The translations under genes were made by a program, and so were the position numbers. A stretch of DNA of 64,000 bases from Acidobacteriota bacterium. GTDB lineage: Bacteria; Acidobacteriota; Thermoanaerobaculia; Multivoradales; JAHZIX01. Location of the stretch: contig JAXHTF010000006.1 of the NCBI GenBank assembly GCA_034211275.1, forward strand, positions 17,361 to 81,360, written 5' to 3'. Below the pieces are notes generated by a model that saw only the letters and a list, made by a program, of their open reading frames with translations, did not search any database and was not told the origin of the DNA. Shown piece by piece: positions 14,237 through 25,497 of the stretch (position 1 is the first letter of the stretch; each line of letters starts with the position of its first letter).

Positions 14237-15303
14237 CCCCGAAGGAGGCAGCCGCCGGAGCAGGGACCTCCCGCAGGGAAGGACGCTTTCTGCGCGGCGC
14301 AGTGCGGCTGACGCTGGGGTTGGTGGTGGTGGCTTTGCTGATCACCGGTGGGCGCTGGCTCTTCGGCGGCTCGCCCGCCACCGGTGACGCGCAGTGGATC
14401 TGGGCGCCGAGCCTCGATCCGGCCAACACCGAGCCGGCGGTGTACTTCGCCTTCCGCGACTTTCAGCTCGACGCCCGGCCCGAGCAGGCCCGGCTGCTGA
14501 TTCAGGCGGAAGAGGAGTACCGCGTCTGGATCAACGGCCGGCCGGTGGGCAGCAACGTCTTTCACCAGCAGGCCCCGCTGGACGTCTACCGCATCGAGAA
14601 GCTCTTGCTCCCGGGGGGCAATCGGCTGTTGGTGGAATTGCGCAGCAGCTTCGGCGGCGGCGGCCTGCTGGCGTCTCTGGAAGCCGGCGGGGAGGACGGG
14701 GAGCTTCGGCCGGTGGTGGTCACCGACGGTGCCTGGCGGGTCAGCCGGGAGTGGCAGCCGGGGCTGCTGGGAGGCTGGACGAGCCCTCAGGAGGCGGAGC
14801 CGGTGCGGGTCTGGGGCCGCCCCCCCATCGGCCGCTGGGGGGTTCCGAAGCTGGGGCCGGAGCGGCCGGTGACGGCGTTGTTGAAGCAAGGTTCGATGCT
14901 TCCGAAGCCTTGGGTCGCGAGTCTTCAGAGGGAGAGCCCGGTGCGCGCCCAGAGCCGCTGGGAAGAGCCGGTGGTGGGGTACCTGAGCCTCGAGCTGGAG
15001 CCCGGCAGTGGCCGGATCGGGCTGGTGGTACCGGCGCAAGACGAACCTGCGGTGGCGGTGATGGTGGCGCTGGGCGCTTCGCGTTGGGTCGACGCCCGGC
15101 CCCGACGCTGGCGGCGGGCGGAAATCCTCGGGCTGGACGGAGTGGTGGCGGCGTCGGTCCTCGAGCTGCCTCCGGCCACCCGCAGCGCCTTGCTCAGCCC
15201 GGCGGAGCTGCCTCCGTCCACCCTCCTGGGGATCCACACACCGCCGTCACCGACGCCGCTGCATCAGCGGGTGCGCCGGATCCTGCGCGACTCGTCTTCT
15301 TGA
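14233..15303 (+). CDS. Hypothetical membrane-anchored protein; WIWAP...RVWINGRPVG resembles glycoside-hydrolase/rhamnosidase N-terminal beta-sandwich domains.
   Basis: ORF with a signal anchor LTLGLVVVALLITGG. The TTG start overlaps the corA stop; an internal GTG near 14298 is an alternative start. No catalytic motif was recognised. Confidence 0.45.
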
Positions 15304-15325
15304 GAGCAGGGTCCTGAGAGCGGGC

Positions 15326-16012
15326 TCAGCCGTCGATGGGCCTGATGGGATCGAAGCTATCCACCTTGGTCAGTCGCCCGTTCTCGAAGCGATAGACCTT
15401 GCCACGGTCGAAATACCACCAGGCGCCCTCGCCGGCCCGCGGTTCCTCGACCTTGTCCGGCCGTCCCTGCTCCTGGTAGACGCGCTTCTCGTCGTCGCTG
15501 TCCAGGGCCGCCAGGAAGCGGCGGAAGGTCTCGAGGAAGCTGGTGTCGTCGATCACCAGGGGAGTGACCACCGGGCTGCCGGTGAGAGTCTGGTCGGAGA
15601 TGTCCTTGCGCAGCAGCACCCGCAGATGCTCACCGTCGTGGCGCCGCACCGGAATCGTCACCAATAGCTCGAAGCCGTTGTAGTACTCGTTCCACGGCCA
15701 GCGGATGCGGTATTCACCGCTGCTGTTGGTGGTGCTGCTGACGCGGAAATCGTCGACCCGGGTGCGCCGCAGCTTGCGGTAATTGAATTTGTTGCGGCTG
15801 GCTTCCAGGACCACCTGCACATCGGCGATGGGAACTCCCTCGCCGTCGGTGACCAGGCCGGTGAATTGCACCGGTTCGCCCTTCTGATAGGCGTCGGCCT
15901 CGGCCGGGGCGGCCCAGAGCAGAACCAATCCCAGGCACACCGCACCGGCGGACAGAAGCAAGCAGCGCAGGAGGCGCGCCGAGCTGTGGCGGGCCGAGCT
16001 GTGGGGGACCAT
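15326..16012 (-). CDS. Hypothetical secreted protein with a carboxypeptidase-regulatory-like (CarboxypepD_reg) beta-sandwich.
   Basis: Signal peptide LLRCLLLSAGAVCLGLVLLWAAPAEA, then VQFTGLVTDGEGVPIADVQVVLEASRN...SGEYRIRW. Start is taken at the Met at 16012 (cat verified). Confidence 0.5.
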   Translation of the reverse strand: MVPHSSARHSSARLLRCLLLSAGAVCLGLVLLWAAPAEADAYQKGEPVQFTGLVTDGEGVPIADVQVVLEASRNKFNYRKLRRTRVDDFRVSSTTNSSGEYRIRWPWNEYYNGFELLVTIPVRRHDGEHLRVLLRKDISDQTLTGSPVVTPLVIDDTSFLETFRRFLAALDSDDEKRVYQEQGRPDKVEEPRAGEGAWWYFDRGKVYRFENGRLTKVDSFDPIRPIDG

Positions 16013-16134
16013 TGCTGGCTGCGGCGGGCAGCCCGAGGGAGCAGCGGAGCGGTGGTCGGAAGACGCGGGGCGAGGGGCGAGCCAGGGATTGGGCATGGGC
16101 GGGTCGGTCCTTTTGCGGTCCTTCGGTAGGGGCA

Positions 16135-16830
16135 TCAGCTCTCTCCCTGCCACTCGATGTCGCGGGGAGCGGTGAAGACGTCGCGGCCCTCCACCTCCTG
16201 GTAATTCTCCAGCTCGAAGGTGGTGGTGCCGCCGTCGGCGTCGCGGTAGCGGATGCCGACGATGCGATGAGTCTGGGGGCGCACCATGAAGGCCGCCTCC
16301 CGCAGGCGCTCGGTGGTCACATGGGGCTCGAGGAGGATCTCCAGCGCGCCATCGGCGCCTTCCTCCACGGTGGCCTGGTAGCGCCGCCGCAGCTCACCGG
16401 TGGAGAGTAGCAGCAGGTCCAGTCCGGGCTCGTCCTCCGGATCCACCAGGTAGCGCCGGCCGCTGCCGTCCTCCGGATTCCAAGCATGAACCACCCCGCC
16501 GCAAATCAAATAGCTTTCCGGATACGGCTCGGAGTACTCTACTCGCAGGCAGTCCGGGAGCTCCATGAACATCCGGCCGCTCCGCTCTTCGGCGGTATCG
16601 AACCCCGCCGGCACATAGCTCTGATCGAAGTCGGCGCTGAGGATGCCAGCGGTTTCGCTGGCGGCCCGCACTTGCTCCAGGGTCTCCCAGGGGTCGCTGC
16701 CTTCCGCAGCTGCAGGGCTTCCCCAGAGGCCCCACAGCAGGAGTACGGCGAGGCCGAGAGGAGCGAAGCGGTGAGGGCGGGGCTGGGAGGAAGAGCGCAA
16801 TCGTTGCAAGGCTTGGCGTGATCTACCCAT
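16135..16830 (-). CDS. LolA-like outer-membrane lipoprotein carrier / DUF-type periplasmic protein.
   Basis: Signal peptide then [33 protein letters not shown]...[36 protein letters not shown], a LolA-like fold signature. Start is the Met at 16830. Confidence 0.55.
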   Translation of the reverse strand: MGRSRQALQRLRSSSQPRPHRFAPLGLAVLLLWGLWGSPAAAEGSDPWETLEQVRAASETAGILSADFDQSYVPAGFDTAEERSGRMFMELPDCLRVEYSEPYPESYLICGGVVHAWNPEDGSGRRYLVDPEDEPGLDLLLLSTGELRRRYQATVEEGADGALEILLEPHVTTERLREAAFMVRPQTHRIVGIRYRDADGGTTTFELENYQEVEGRDVFTAPRDIEWQGES

Positions 16831-16907
16831 AGAGCCGCAGTCTATCCCAGGGCTCTCGATGGGAGGAGACGCTCGCCTCGAGCCCACTGCCGGAAAGACC
16901 GGCGGGA

Positions 16908-18488
16908 TCAATGCCGGAAGTGCCGCGTTCCGGTGTGGACCAGCGCAATGCCGTGCTCGTCGGCGGCGGCGATGACCTCGCCGTCTCGCTTGCTGCCCCC
17001 GGGCTGGATCACCGCCGTCACCCCCGCCTGCGCCAGGGCGTCCAGGCCGTCCCGGAAGGGAAAGAAGGCGTCGGAGGCGGCGGCGCAGCCTGCCGTCGGC
17101 AACTGGGCCTTCTTCACCGCCAGCTCGCAGGAGTCGACACGGCTCATCTGGCCGGCGCCGATGCCCACCGTCTGATGCTGGTTGGCGAGAACGATGGCGT
17201 TGGACTTGACGTAGCGGCAGACCTTCCAGGCCAGCTCCAGGGCTTGGCGCTCCTCCTCCGTGGGCTGGCGCTGGGTGGGATAGGTCCAGGTCTCGGCGTC
17301 GTCCTCCCGGGCGTCCACCTCCTGAGCCAGCATGCCGCCGGCCACGGAACGCAGGTCCAGCTCGGCGCCGGGCTCGAAGAGCGGTGCCTTGATCAGGCGC
17401 CGGGCCTTCTTCTTCGCCATCCGAGCGAGGGCGTCCTTCTTGAATCCGGGGGCGATCACCACCTCCACGAAGAGCTTGTTCATCAGCTCCGCCACGGCAT
17501 CATTGACCGGCCGGTTGAGGGCGATGATGGAGCCGAAGGCGGAGACCGGGTCGGTGGCCAGGGCGCGCTCGTAGGCGACCTTCAGCTGGTGTCCCCAGCC
17601 GACGCCACAGGGATTGTTGTGCTTGACGATGACCACCGCCGGCTGGCTGAATTGGGACACCATCTTGCGGGCCGCGTCGGCGTCCAGCAGATTGTTCCAG
17701 GACAGCTCCTTGCCCTGCAGCTGCTCCATGCCGCCGAAGAGCCCAGCGCCGTCGCGGTGGCGATAGACGGCAGCCCGCTGGTGCGGATTCTCGCCATAGC
17801 GGGGAACCATCTCCCGCTCCAGGCCGACCTCCAGCTGCTCGGGGAAGCTGGCCTCCTGGGCGGCTTTCGCGGCATCCGCCTCGTCCTCCCCATCCGCCAG
17901 CTGCTCTCCCAGCCACTCTCCGATGGCGCGGTCGTAGTGCGCCGTGTGGCGGAAGGCTTCCAGAGCCAACCGCCGGCGCATGGCTTCCGGCACCGCGCCC
18001 TGGCTCTCCTGCAAGGCCGCCAACACCTCGGCGTAATCCTCCGGCCGCACCACCACGGCGACTCCGCTGTGATTCTTCGCTGCCGCCCGGATCATCCCCG
18101 GCCCACCGATGTCGATCATCTCCACCACTTCCTCGTAAGTGGCATCGTCCGCGGCGGCGGTGCGCTCGAAGGGATAGAGGTTCACCGCCACCAGGTCGAT
18201 GGGGATGATGCCGTGCTCCTTGAGCTGGCCCAGGTGCGCGGCGCGGGCGCGGTCCGCCAGGATGCCGCCGTGGATGCGCGGGTGCAGCGTCTTGACCCGG
18301 CCGTCGAGGATCTCCGGGAAGCCGGTGGCCTCCGAGACCCGGACCACCGGAATCTCCTTCTCCTCGAGGAATGCGGCGGTGCCGCCGGTGGACAGAATCT
18401 CGATTCCCAGCTCGTGGAGACCGCGGGCGAAGGCGGCGAGGCCGGATTTGTCGGAAACGGAGATCAGAGCGCGGCGAATGGGGAGCAT
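16908..18488 (-). CDS. purH: Bifunctional AICAR transformylase / IMP cyclohydrolase PurH.
   Basis: 526 aa, [17 protein letters not shown]...ILSTGGTA...[16 protein letters not shown] is canonical PurH. Confidence 0.95.
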   Translation of the reverse strand: MLPIRRALISVSDKSGLAAFARGLHELGIEILSTGGTAAFLEEKEIPVVRVSEATGFPEILDGRVKTLHPRIHGGILADRARAAHLGQLKEHGIIPIDLVAVNLYPFERTAAADDATYEEVVEMIDIGGPGMIRAAAKNHSGVAVVVRPEDYAEVLAALQESQGAVPEAMRRRLALEAFRHTAHYDRAIGEWLGEQLADGEDEADAAKAAQEASFPEQLEVGLEREMVPRYGENPHQRAAVYRHRDGAGLFGGMEQLQGKELSWNNLLDADAARKMVSQFSQPAVVIVKHNNPCGVGWGHQLKVAYERALATDPVSAFGSIIALNRPVNDAVAELMNKLFVEVVIAPGFKKDALARMAKKKARRLIKAPLFEPGAELDLRSVAGGMLAQEVDAREDDAETWTYPTQRQPTEEERQALELAWKVCRYVKSNAIVLANQHQTVGIGAGQMSRVDSCELAVKKAQLPTAGCAAASDAFFPFRDGLDALAQAGVTAVIQPGGSKRDGEVIAAADEHGIALVHTGTRHFRH

Positions 18489-18633
18489 GGTGGCCTCCTC
18501 AATAGATGTCGAATCGAAACGTCACCCAGGTCCGTCCCCGGGGGCCGTCCTCAAAGCCGTCAATATAGTCGATCTGCGATGGTGAAGTCCCGGAATCCCG
18601 GCCGAGAGCTCTGCGGCGCAGAGCGAGAATGGC

Positions 18634-19443
18634 TCAGCGAGCCGTCTTGGCGGCGATCTTCGGGATCACCACCAGCCGCTCACCGCGCACCGGCAACCCC
18701 ACCCGCGAGTCCGCGCCCCCGGCCTGCACCCAGATCCAGCGCAGCACCTCGGCGACGTCGGTGATGGCGTGGCTGTAGGAGAGGGCGGCGATGGCGAAGG
18801 CGGTGGAACGATCGTCGAAATAGCGCCGGCCGTCGATCTCGCCGATACGCTGATACTCGTCCCCCACCCGCGGATAGAGCCTGCGGCTGCGGCTCAGGGT
18901 CTCCTCCAGCATGGGCCTCAAATCATCCGAGCGCTGCACCGCCGGCCGCAGCCCGTAAAAGACCGTGCGCACCCGCGGCTGGGCGCTCTCCAGATAGCGA
19001 GCGAAGTCGGCAAAATAAGTGCCCTCGCCGGGATCGGCGGCGGAAGTGTTGAGTGGGAAGTTGGCGTCCGCCAAGTAGTGGGAGACCACCCCCAACCGGT
19101 AGACGATCTCTTCCATGGGCCGATGGGCCCGGATCGCCGCCACCGCTCCGCCGACCTCGTAGAGGATCACCTCGTCCAGCTGGCCGCCTCGTTCATCGAT
19201 GCGGTGGCGCTCCGCCTGACCGTCCTGGAACGCCGCCAGCACGCCCTTGCGGTACTCCCCCTGATGCTTGGCGATCTGCCGCACCAAATCCGGCGGCGCC
19301 AACCCCGCCGCAGTCTCGGCGATGGTCACCTGACTCCCCGGCGTCCACGCCGCCGCCGGCAGCGCCACGGTCGCTCCAAGCGCCCACAGCACCACCACCA
19401 TCCAGCCCGAATGACGCCTCCCCACCGCGTTCTTTTCGCTCAT
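18634..19443 (-). CDS. Hypothetical secreted protein.
   Basis: 269 aa with signal peptide WMVVVLWALGATVALPAAAW. The mature N-terminal Trp is reminiscent of zinc PLC/P1-nuclease-type proteins, but no further motifs could be confirmed. Confidence 0.45.
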   Translation of the reverse strand: MSEKNAVGRRHSGWMVVVLWALGATVALPAAAWTPGSQVTIAETAAGLAPPDLVRQIAKHQGEYRKGVLAAFQDGQAERHRIDERGGQLDEVILYEVGGAVAAIRAHRPMEEIVYRLGVVSHYLADANFPLNTSAADPGEGTYFADFARYLESAQPRVRTVFYGLRPAVQRSDDLRPMLEETLSRSRRLYPRVGDEYQRIGEIDGRRYFDDRSTAFAIAALSYSHAITDVAEVLRWIWVQAGGADSRVGLPVRGERLVVIPKIAAKTAR

Positions 19444-19550
19444 GCCCGCATTCTACAGCCAATCGGCCTCCTACCGCCCTCCCGGCAAACAGCACCCGCA
19501 CCTCTTGACGTCCCTCGCCGTTCTGCATACACTCTCGCCTCTGACGGTTG

Positions 19551-19626
19551 CCTAGGTAGCTCAGTTGGTAGAGCACGCGACTGAAAATCGCGGTGTCGGT
19601 GGTTCGATTCCGCCCCTGGGCACCAT
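19551..19626 (+). tRNA. tRNA-Phe (anticodon GAA), including encoded CCA.
   Basis: gcctaggtagctcagttggtagagcacgcgactGAAaatcgcggtgtcggtggttcgattccgcccctgggcacca forms a canonical cloverleaf with anticodon loop cuGAAaa. Confidence 0.9.
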
Positions 19627-19693
19627 TTCAATCTCCCAGAATCAACAGTTTGCGTCGGATATAGAGGTCCTCCTTGGAGGGCCTTTTTTGGTT
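19580..19693. repeat. attL: left copy of a ~110-bp direct repeat (tRNA-Phe 3' half plus ~65 bp downstream).
   Basis: gactgaaaatcgcggtgtcggtggttcgattccgcccctgggcaccatttcaatctccca is identical to 52375-52434. The following ~50 bp (…gaggtcctccttggagggccttttttggt) are near-identical to 52441-52488. Confidence 0.85.
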
Positions 19694-19975
19694 TGCCTGA
19701 CCACCGGACGAGCCTTGCGAGCAAGCCGGGGTGCTCGAGCCTCTTGGGTTTGTCGATTCTTGTCCCTTGGACTCCAAGAACAGGAAACGGAAATGCAGCT
19801 ACTGTGAGGTCGTCCTGTAGTTGTCTGATTCTGCCTTTAGGAGCGCCTCATTTTTTAAGGTTCCGAAGTAGCCTGAACGAGCCGGGGCACGGAGCCTCAA
19901 GTGTCGATAGGGCGTCCAAGCCAACGAATGGCCATCATGGCCCGTAGAGCTAGAGAGAGTTGGGAGGTGTGTCCG

Positions 19976-22900
19976 ATGGCTGGAAGAGAGGGAGGGGTCG
20001 TAGTGGCCAGGTGGGTTGGCTTTCTCGGTGGAATGGCGGTTCTCTGGGGGGCAGTTTTCCCTGGAGCGTTGCTGGCAAGTAACCCACTACGAGCGGCGGC
20101 CGAGCAAGCCGAGAGTCGTGAGGTTGAGGGGCGCGTGCCGATCTTCGCGGACGGCTTTGAGAGCGGCGATTATTTTGCCTGGTCTCAGGCGGTGTTTGAT
20201 ACGCCGGACAACACCCCACCAAGCCTCACCATCACAGCTCCAGTAGCTCCCGTCCTCTTTAACGAGCACATCGTCCCCATCGAGCTCGTTTATTCTGACG
20301 ATGACTCCGGAGTCGCTCTGAACAGCTTGGCCGTCCATGTCGATGGAATTCCGATTACGAGTAGCTGCGCAATTCAAGCCGGTACAGCGAGCTGTGAAAG
20401 CTTCTATCTCGGTGCAGGGAGTCACTCGATCTCCGCATCGATCTGGGATCAAGCCGGACACCGGACGGATGCCGCCCGCTCGGTGACGATTATTCGGGAC
20501 ATCAGCCCTCCGGTAATCACCCTCATAACGCCCCCCGAGGAGAATGCGCTTTTCGCGACACCGACGCTCCTGGTCACCGGCACGGTATCGGACGCCGATG
20601 AAGTCGCCGATGTCTTGGTCAGTGCAGAGCCAATTCCCCTCACCGACGACCCTCCTCAGCAAGAGCGCCTCGTGCAGTCGATCCGAGGCAGGATCGAGGG
20701 CGACACCTTCTCTGGGGAGGTGCCCCTTGGCGAAGGGTTGAATCTGGTCGTGGTGCGGGCTTTTGATCGAGCCGGCAATGAGGCGGTCGTTTCGAGGTTC
20801 GCCACGCGCGACTCCACTGCCCCGACCCTCGCCATCGAGTCGCCGCAAAGTGGAGCGGTGGTGAACGTGGACCAGGTCCTGGTCACGGGGCAAGCGTTTG
20901 ACGAGGCGCATGAGGTCACGCTCTCGGTCGGCGGTGTTCCTACGCCTCTGGACCTGCGCTCCTTTGCTGCGACCGTGCCCCTTTCTGAGGGTATGAATGC
21001 TGTCCTGGTCGAGGTTATAGATGAGGCCGGCAATACGACGTCCGAGACGCTTCAGGTCGAGCGGCTGACGATTCCTACCGTCACCATCACGAGCCCCACT
21101 TACGGTACGCGGGTCGGTGTAGCAGCAGTAGAAGTCCTGGGCACCGTCTCCGATCCCAACGCGAGCGTCCGCGTGAATGGCGTTGTGGCGACGACAGGTG
21201 GCGGCACCTTCCAGGCGACGATCCCGCTCAACCCCGGAGGTACCTTGATTGCCGCAGTCGCCACCAGTGCTTCGGGCGCTCAGGCGACCTCCAAGACGAA
21301 GGTCTTCCGGGATCTGAGCGCACCTCGCATCGCGGTCACCTCGCCCGCTGATGGCAGCACGGTGCACCAAGCGGCGATTCCTGTGGTGGGCCTGGTCAAC
21401 GATGTGGTGCCCGGAACCGTCGATGCGGTCGATGTGAACGTCTGGGTCAACGGGCAGCCTGCGCAGGTGGCGAACCGGTCGTTCTTACTCCCGGATCTCG
21501 TCCTCTCCCCAGGGGATAACGACATCACGGTCACCGCTGAGGACGTTGCGGGGAATCTCACCAGCGAGACTGTGACCGTTCACTATGAGCCACTCGTGGG
21601 CGCGCGTATCGAGAGGCTTTCTGGAAATCTGCAAAGCGCCGTCATCGAAACGCCCGTGGGCGCTCCCCTGGTGGTCCGAGTCCTCGACCCGGCTGACCAG
21701 CCAGTTGAAGGTGCTGTGGTCGTCTTCCGCGTGGCGCAGGGCAATGGCAGCGTGGGAGCGGGCTCGCGAACCACCTCCGTGCTCACGGATGCGAACGGCG
21801 AAGCTGCGACGCCCTATCAGCTGGGAACGCGGGCCGGCGTCGGGAATCAACGGGTGATCGCAGAAGCTGCGGGTTATGTGGGCAGTGCTGAGTTCCTTGC
21901 GACGGCGTTACCCGGCCCACCGGCCTACCTCCATGTCGACGCCGGCGGCCAGCAGCGTGGTGCCGCGCTTCAACTGCTGCCGGATCCCATGTCCGTGGTG
22001 GTCACAGATGCTGGATTCAACCGCTTGCCGGGTATAGAGGTTGAATATCAGGTAGCGCAAGGTCAGGCGGTTTTCGAAGAGACAGCGACGCCGACACTCT
22101 CGATGCTCACGGACGCAGATGGACGGGCAGCAGCCCAGGTCCGCCTCGGAGCGGAAGAGGGGGTGGCCAATGTGGTGATCGAGGTCGCGCTCCCCGGCAA
22201 TCCCACCGCGAGCCCCGCTACCTTCGTCGCCTCGACATTCGCTGCGGGGAATCCGGCTCTAACCCGAATCTCCGGAATCGTCCTGGACAATGCGAGCGAA
22301 CCGGTTCCCGGTGTCACCCTTAGCTTGGCTGGGACCAGTCATAGCACGCAGGCCAACGAGGACGGCCTCTTCAGTCTTGCAGGGGTTCCGGTGGGCACGT
22401 TCCACCTTGAAGCGGATGGCAGCACGGCGACGCGGCCGGGCACCTGGCCACATCTGGAGTTCGAGATCACGACCATTCCTGGTCGGGAAAACACTCTGGG
22501 CATGCCCATCTTCCTCTTGCCCTTGGATACGGAGCGAGGGCTTCAGGTCTCAGCGACCGAGGGCGGAACCTTGACGCTGCCCGAGCTTCCCGGATTCTCC
22601 CTGACCGTCGACCCAGGATCCGTCACCTTCCCGGACGGTACACAGGAGGGTACGGTCAGCGTCACCCTCGTGCATGGCGATAAGGTGCCGAAAGTGCCGA
22701 ACTTCGGTCAGCAGCCAACCTTCCTGCTCACGATCCAACCTGCGGGCGCCCTCTTCGATCCCCCGGCAAGCCTCTCCATGCCGAACGTGGATGCGCTGGC
22801 ACCGGGTACGGTGACGGAGCTCTACTCCTTCGACCACGACCTCGGCTCCTTTGTCAGCATCGGCCCCGGGACGGTGAGCGAAGATGGGACGATGGTGGTA

Positions 22901-24430
22901 GCGGATCCCGGGGTGGGGATCCTCAAGGCCGGCTGGCATTGCGGTGGCAATCCAGCGCCTACCGGTACGCCCCACGACTGCCCGCAGTGCAAGGTGTGTG
23001 ATGGGAGTCGGTGTGTTCCGGGGTGTGATCTCGAGGAAGGTACGGAGCCAGCACCCGTCTTGGGCGAGACTGCATTCGAGGTCGAGGGAGCGTGCCTCTG
23101 TGATGATGGGAACCCTTGTACTTTCAATGACCGCTGTGACACGGGGCCTTGTATCGGGACACACATCAACATCGATTCTGTTCTCGCCTCCGTAGACGGG
23201 GGACCTGGTCCTCTAGAACTTCCTCTCGTAGGAACCAGCACGCGCGAGGTCGAGTTTGTCTCCCAGCCTAGTCCGTCCGACCATGGCTGCCCGGACCTTC
23301 GCTATACCTGGCAAACAGGTGACGGTGGCTACTATCGGGATTCACTGACGCTGCATAGCTACTCCAGAGTGGGTACGTTCAAGCCCACAGCGACGATTAC
23401 ATGTGGATCTTGCCCGTTCGAGACGGCGAGCAAGACGCTCGATGTAGAGGTCTTTCCGCTTGCTATTCGTCTGGAGCAGGAGGGAGATATCGAGATCAGT
23501 ACAGATGGGAAATACACCGAAGATGCGACGATTCGGGTAACGGCTGTTAATGCTGATACCGGTGAGGTAGTGGAAGATTTCCAAGGAATGGTAAGTATTG
23601 AGGAGCGACCTCGTCCACGGGTTGGAACAGTCTACGACAAGTTCGCAGGAGAGCTGCCTGCGGCAGTACAGATTACCGCTGGCGGAACCGCTACCTTTCT
23701 TGCGAGATCCCAAGTCAATCATCAGAGCGGACGCGCTCCGACCTCGGCCCTACTAACAGTACCTGACATGCCCCTCTATGGCGGGCAGGAGCTGGAGGTT
23801 GAGCAATGGGTAGATACAGGGCCAGTAGATCCCCGTTCGCAGGGTGCAGTATATGATTGGCTTGAGCATCGGCTTCGAGATTTGTTTGTGGATTTCTCTT
23901 CCAACCTGGCAGTCAATCCTGCTTTGGAAACGATCAGTCACTATGAAGTCGACGAAAATCTGTCCGCCGTAGGGCAAACTCAGCTCACTCACACACCGAC
24001 CTCAGTGGTTGTGTTTAATCCTCTGGCGGCTACAAATATGAGAGTGCCAGGTACTCAGTCGCTCTCGCGCTGTAGCGACGAAGCGAGAGAGGATTTAGCG
24101 GTAACTTTGATTCATGAGGCGCGACATTCCTACCACGACTATCTGACGACTCTCGATTTGGCAGCGCCTGACGATTTTGATGGGCGTCCGAACAACGATG
24201 ACGATCAGGATTGGCTTGTAGAGGTCGTGCCGGCCGGATTGTGCCCTTGTGACTTTCTAGTCGATACATCCTTGCCAAGGAATGGCTGCGACTACGAAGC
24301 AGGTAACGGAGCAGGGCTTGTCGTCGAGGACTTAACCTTCCTCGGTGATGCAATCGTGGATGATCAGATCGAGGCATTCTATGTGTGGGAGATGGATGCT
24401 GTTCAGTTCTCCATTCAGCACAGCCCCTGA
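19976..24430 (+). CDS. Giant secreted repeat protein (~1484 aa) with multiple Ig-like/Big-type beta-sandwich repeats, a CarboxypepD_reg-like segment, a Cys-rich module and a C-terminal HEARH (HExxH-like) motif.
   Basis: GGAGG-ATG at 19976. Signal/TM segment FLGGMAVLWGAVFPGALLA. Reiterated x(I/V)T(S/A)PxxGxxV modules. CGGNPAPTGTPHDCPQCKVCDGSRCVPGCD...CLCDDGNPCTFNDRCDTGPC. LAVTLIHEARHSYHDY near the end. Confidence 0.7.
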   Translation: MAGREGGVVVARWVGFLGGMAVLWGAVFPGALLASNPLRAAAEQAESREVEGRVPIFADGFESGDYFAWSQAVFDTPDNTPPSLTITAPVAPVLFNEHIVPIELVYSDDDSGVALNSLAVHVDGIPITSSCAIQAGTASCESFYLGAGSHSISASIWDQAGHRTDAARSVTIIRDISPPVITLITPPEENALFATPTLLVTGTVSDADEVADVLVSAEPIPLTDDPPQQERLVQSIRGRIEGDTFSGEVPLGEGLNLVVVRAFDRAGNEAVVSRFATRDSTAPTLAIESPQSGAVVNVDQVLVTGQAFDEAHEVTLSVGGVPTPLDLRSFAATVPLSEGMNAVLVEVIDEAGNTTSETLQVERLTIPTVTITSPTYGTRVGVAAVEVLGTVSDPNASVRVNGVVATTGGGTFQATIPLNPGGTLIAAVATSASGAQATSKTKVFRDLSAPRIAVTSPADGSTVHQAAIPVVGLVNDVVPGTVDAVDVNVWVNGQPAQVANRSFLLPDLVLSPGDNDITVTAEDVAGNLTSETVTVHYEPLVGARIERLSGNLQSAVIETPVGAPLVVRVLDPADQPVEGAVVVFRVAQGNGSVGAGSRTTSVLTDANGEAATPYQLGTRAGVGNQRVIAEAAGYVGSAEFLATALPGPPAYLHVDAGGQQRGAALQLLPDPMSVVVTDAGFNRLPGIEVEYQVAQGQAVFEETATPTLSMLTDADGRAAAQVRLGAEEGVANVVIEVALPGNPTASPATFVASTFAAGNPALTRISGIVLDNASEPVPGVTLSLAGTSHSTQANEDGLFSLAGVPVGTFHLEADGSTATRPGTWPHLEFEITTIPGRENTLGMPIFLLPLDTERGLQVSATEGGTLTLPELPGFSLTVDPGSVTFPDGTQEGTVSVTLVHGDKVPKVPNFGQQPTFLLTIQPAGALFDPPASLSMPNVDALAPGTVTELYSFDHDLGSFVSIGPGTVSEDGTMVVADPGVGILKAGWHCGGNPAPTGTPHDCPQCKVCDGSRCVPGCDLEEGTEPAPVLGETAFEVEGACLCDDGNPCTFNDRCDTGPCIGTHINIDSVLASVDGGPGPLELPLVGTSTREVEFVSQPSPSDHGCPDLRYTWQTGDGGYYRDSLTLHSYSRVGTFKPTATITCGSCPFETASKTLDVEVFPLAIRLEQEGDIEISTDGKYTEDATIRVTAVNADTGEVVEDFQGMVSIEERPRPRVGTVYDKFAGELPAAVQITAGGTATFLARSQVNHQSGRAPTSALLTVPDMPLYGGQELEVEQWVDTGPVDPRSQGAVYDWLEHRLRDLFVDFSSNLAVNPALETISHYEVDENLSAVGQTQLTHTPTSVVVFNPLAATNMRVPGTQSLSRCSDEAREDLAVTLIHEARHSYHDYLTTLDLAAPDDFDGRPNNDDDQDWLVEVVPAGLCPCDFLVDTSLPRNGCDYEAGNGAGLVVEDLTFLGDAIVDDQIEAFYVWEMDAVQFSIQHSP

Positions 24431-24439
24431 GGAGGTCTA

Positions 24440-25423
24440 GTGAGATATTTGGCGTGTACTTTTCTTGCAGTACTTCTCGTGTGTTTGGTCTCGGCCCCTT
24501 CTGAGGCCTCAAGAATACGCCCTGATCCGATAGCTGACGAGCTGCGTAGTGTGTCCCGTCTTGCGAAATGCGGTGGGCAGTATGAACAAGGGCTGATGGC
24601 TCTGAAGGCTGCTATTGATGACCCTTCTCTTGATCCACGCCATCGAGCTCTCGCTGTGGCGCTTCTCGGCGACCTTTTTCTGGAGAGGTCTGATTTCGAG
24701 AAGGAAGGATACTTCATGATGCTTGCGACTCGGGGCCTCTCCGATCCAGATTTTGATGCGGTTGTCCCGGACTCCTTCCAGCAAGCCTCAAGAATTAGTG
24801 TAGAGAAGCTTGATCGCCCTAAAGCTCAGGAAAGCCGCCTCGTTGATCTTGTGAGTGCGCGGTTTGCTGACATTCCCATGGATCTAACAAGGGAGTGGGC
24901 AGCGAGGGAGCTTTGTGATCGGGGATCGGCGAGAGCGGAAGACAGCCTGCGGAGTGCCCTGGGGCCTCGGCTCGATGTGCGAGACCAAGAAGAAATCGAG
25001 TTATGTGGTCGGAAGGTAGCACTCTTGCTGGAATATGAAGATCCGAAGGACGCCTTTCTGATGGCGCTTTCTGAGATGCGCTCGGCGGATCTGGGCGAGC
25101 TTAATTCTCAGTCAGCAAACGAACTCCAACGCTGGGCCGTCGAAGGCCTTCTGCAACTTGATCCTGAGCTCGGTGAGAAGGAACTGCGGTCTATTGTCGC
25201 CGATTCCAATTGGAAATCGAGTGCTCGCAGTCAAGCGATCCGGAGACTGAAAGATCTAGGGTATCAGTATGAAGCCTTGGTCGAGATCGGCGTTGATCCT
25301 ATGGCTCTGATCCGGGAGCGTATCTATCCACTGAGCTACTACCAAGAGCGCGGAATCCCAATGGACCCGTGCGCCAGGCCGATTCCTTTGGCCTCGGAAG
25401 CGTCTGAAGAGACTGACTCCTGA
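24440..25423 (+). CDS. Hypothetical secreted protein, alpha-helical repeat (HEAT/TPR-like).
   Basis: Signal peptide MRYLACTFLAVLLVCLVSAPSEA. Repeated helical hairpins. No enzymatic motif. Confidence 0.5.
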   Translation: MRYLACTFLAVLLVCLVSAPSEASRIRPDPIADELRSVSRLAKCGGQYEQGLMALKAAIDDPSLDPRHRALAVALLGDLFLERSDFEKEGYFMMLATRGLSDPDFDAVVPDSFQQASRISVEKLDRPKAQESRLVDLVSARFADIPMDLTREWAARELCDRGSARAEDSLRSALGPRLDVRDQEEIELCGRKVALLLEYEDPKDAFLMALSEMRSADLGELNSQSANELQRWAVEGLLQLDPELGEKELRSIVADSNWKSSARSQAIRRLKDLGYQYEALVEIGVDPMALIRERIYPLSYYQERGIPMDPCARPIPLASEASEETDS

Positions 25424-25497
25424 GCGCTTTGAGAAGACAAGAGCGGGCTCTTGCAGTCTCCGACCACCAGTGCAAGGACTTGGGAAGGGAGTGAGGA

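Noticed and set aside
16911-18764. 617-aa plus-strand ORF antisense to purH
   Set aside because: It is a shadow ORF of purH and has no motifs.
19627-19693. Possible intrinsic terminator (cctcc-tt-ggagg followed by TTTTTT) after tRNA-Phe
   Set aside because: The stem is very short and the loop is 2 nt. The sequence is part of the att direct repeat (also at 52468-52488), so conservation reflects recombination-site duplication rather than necessarily terminator function.
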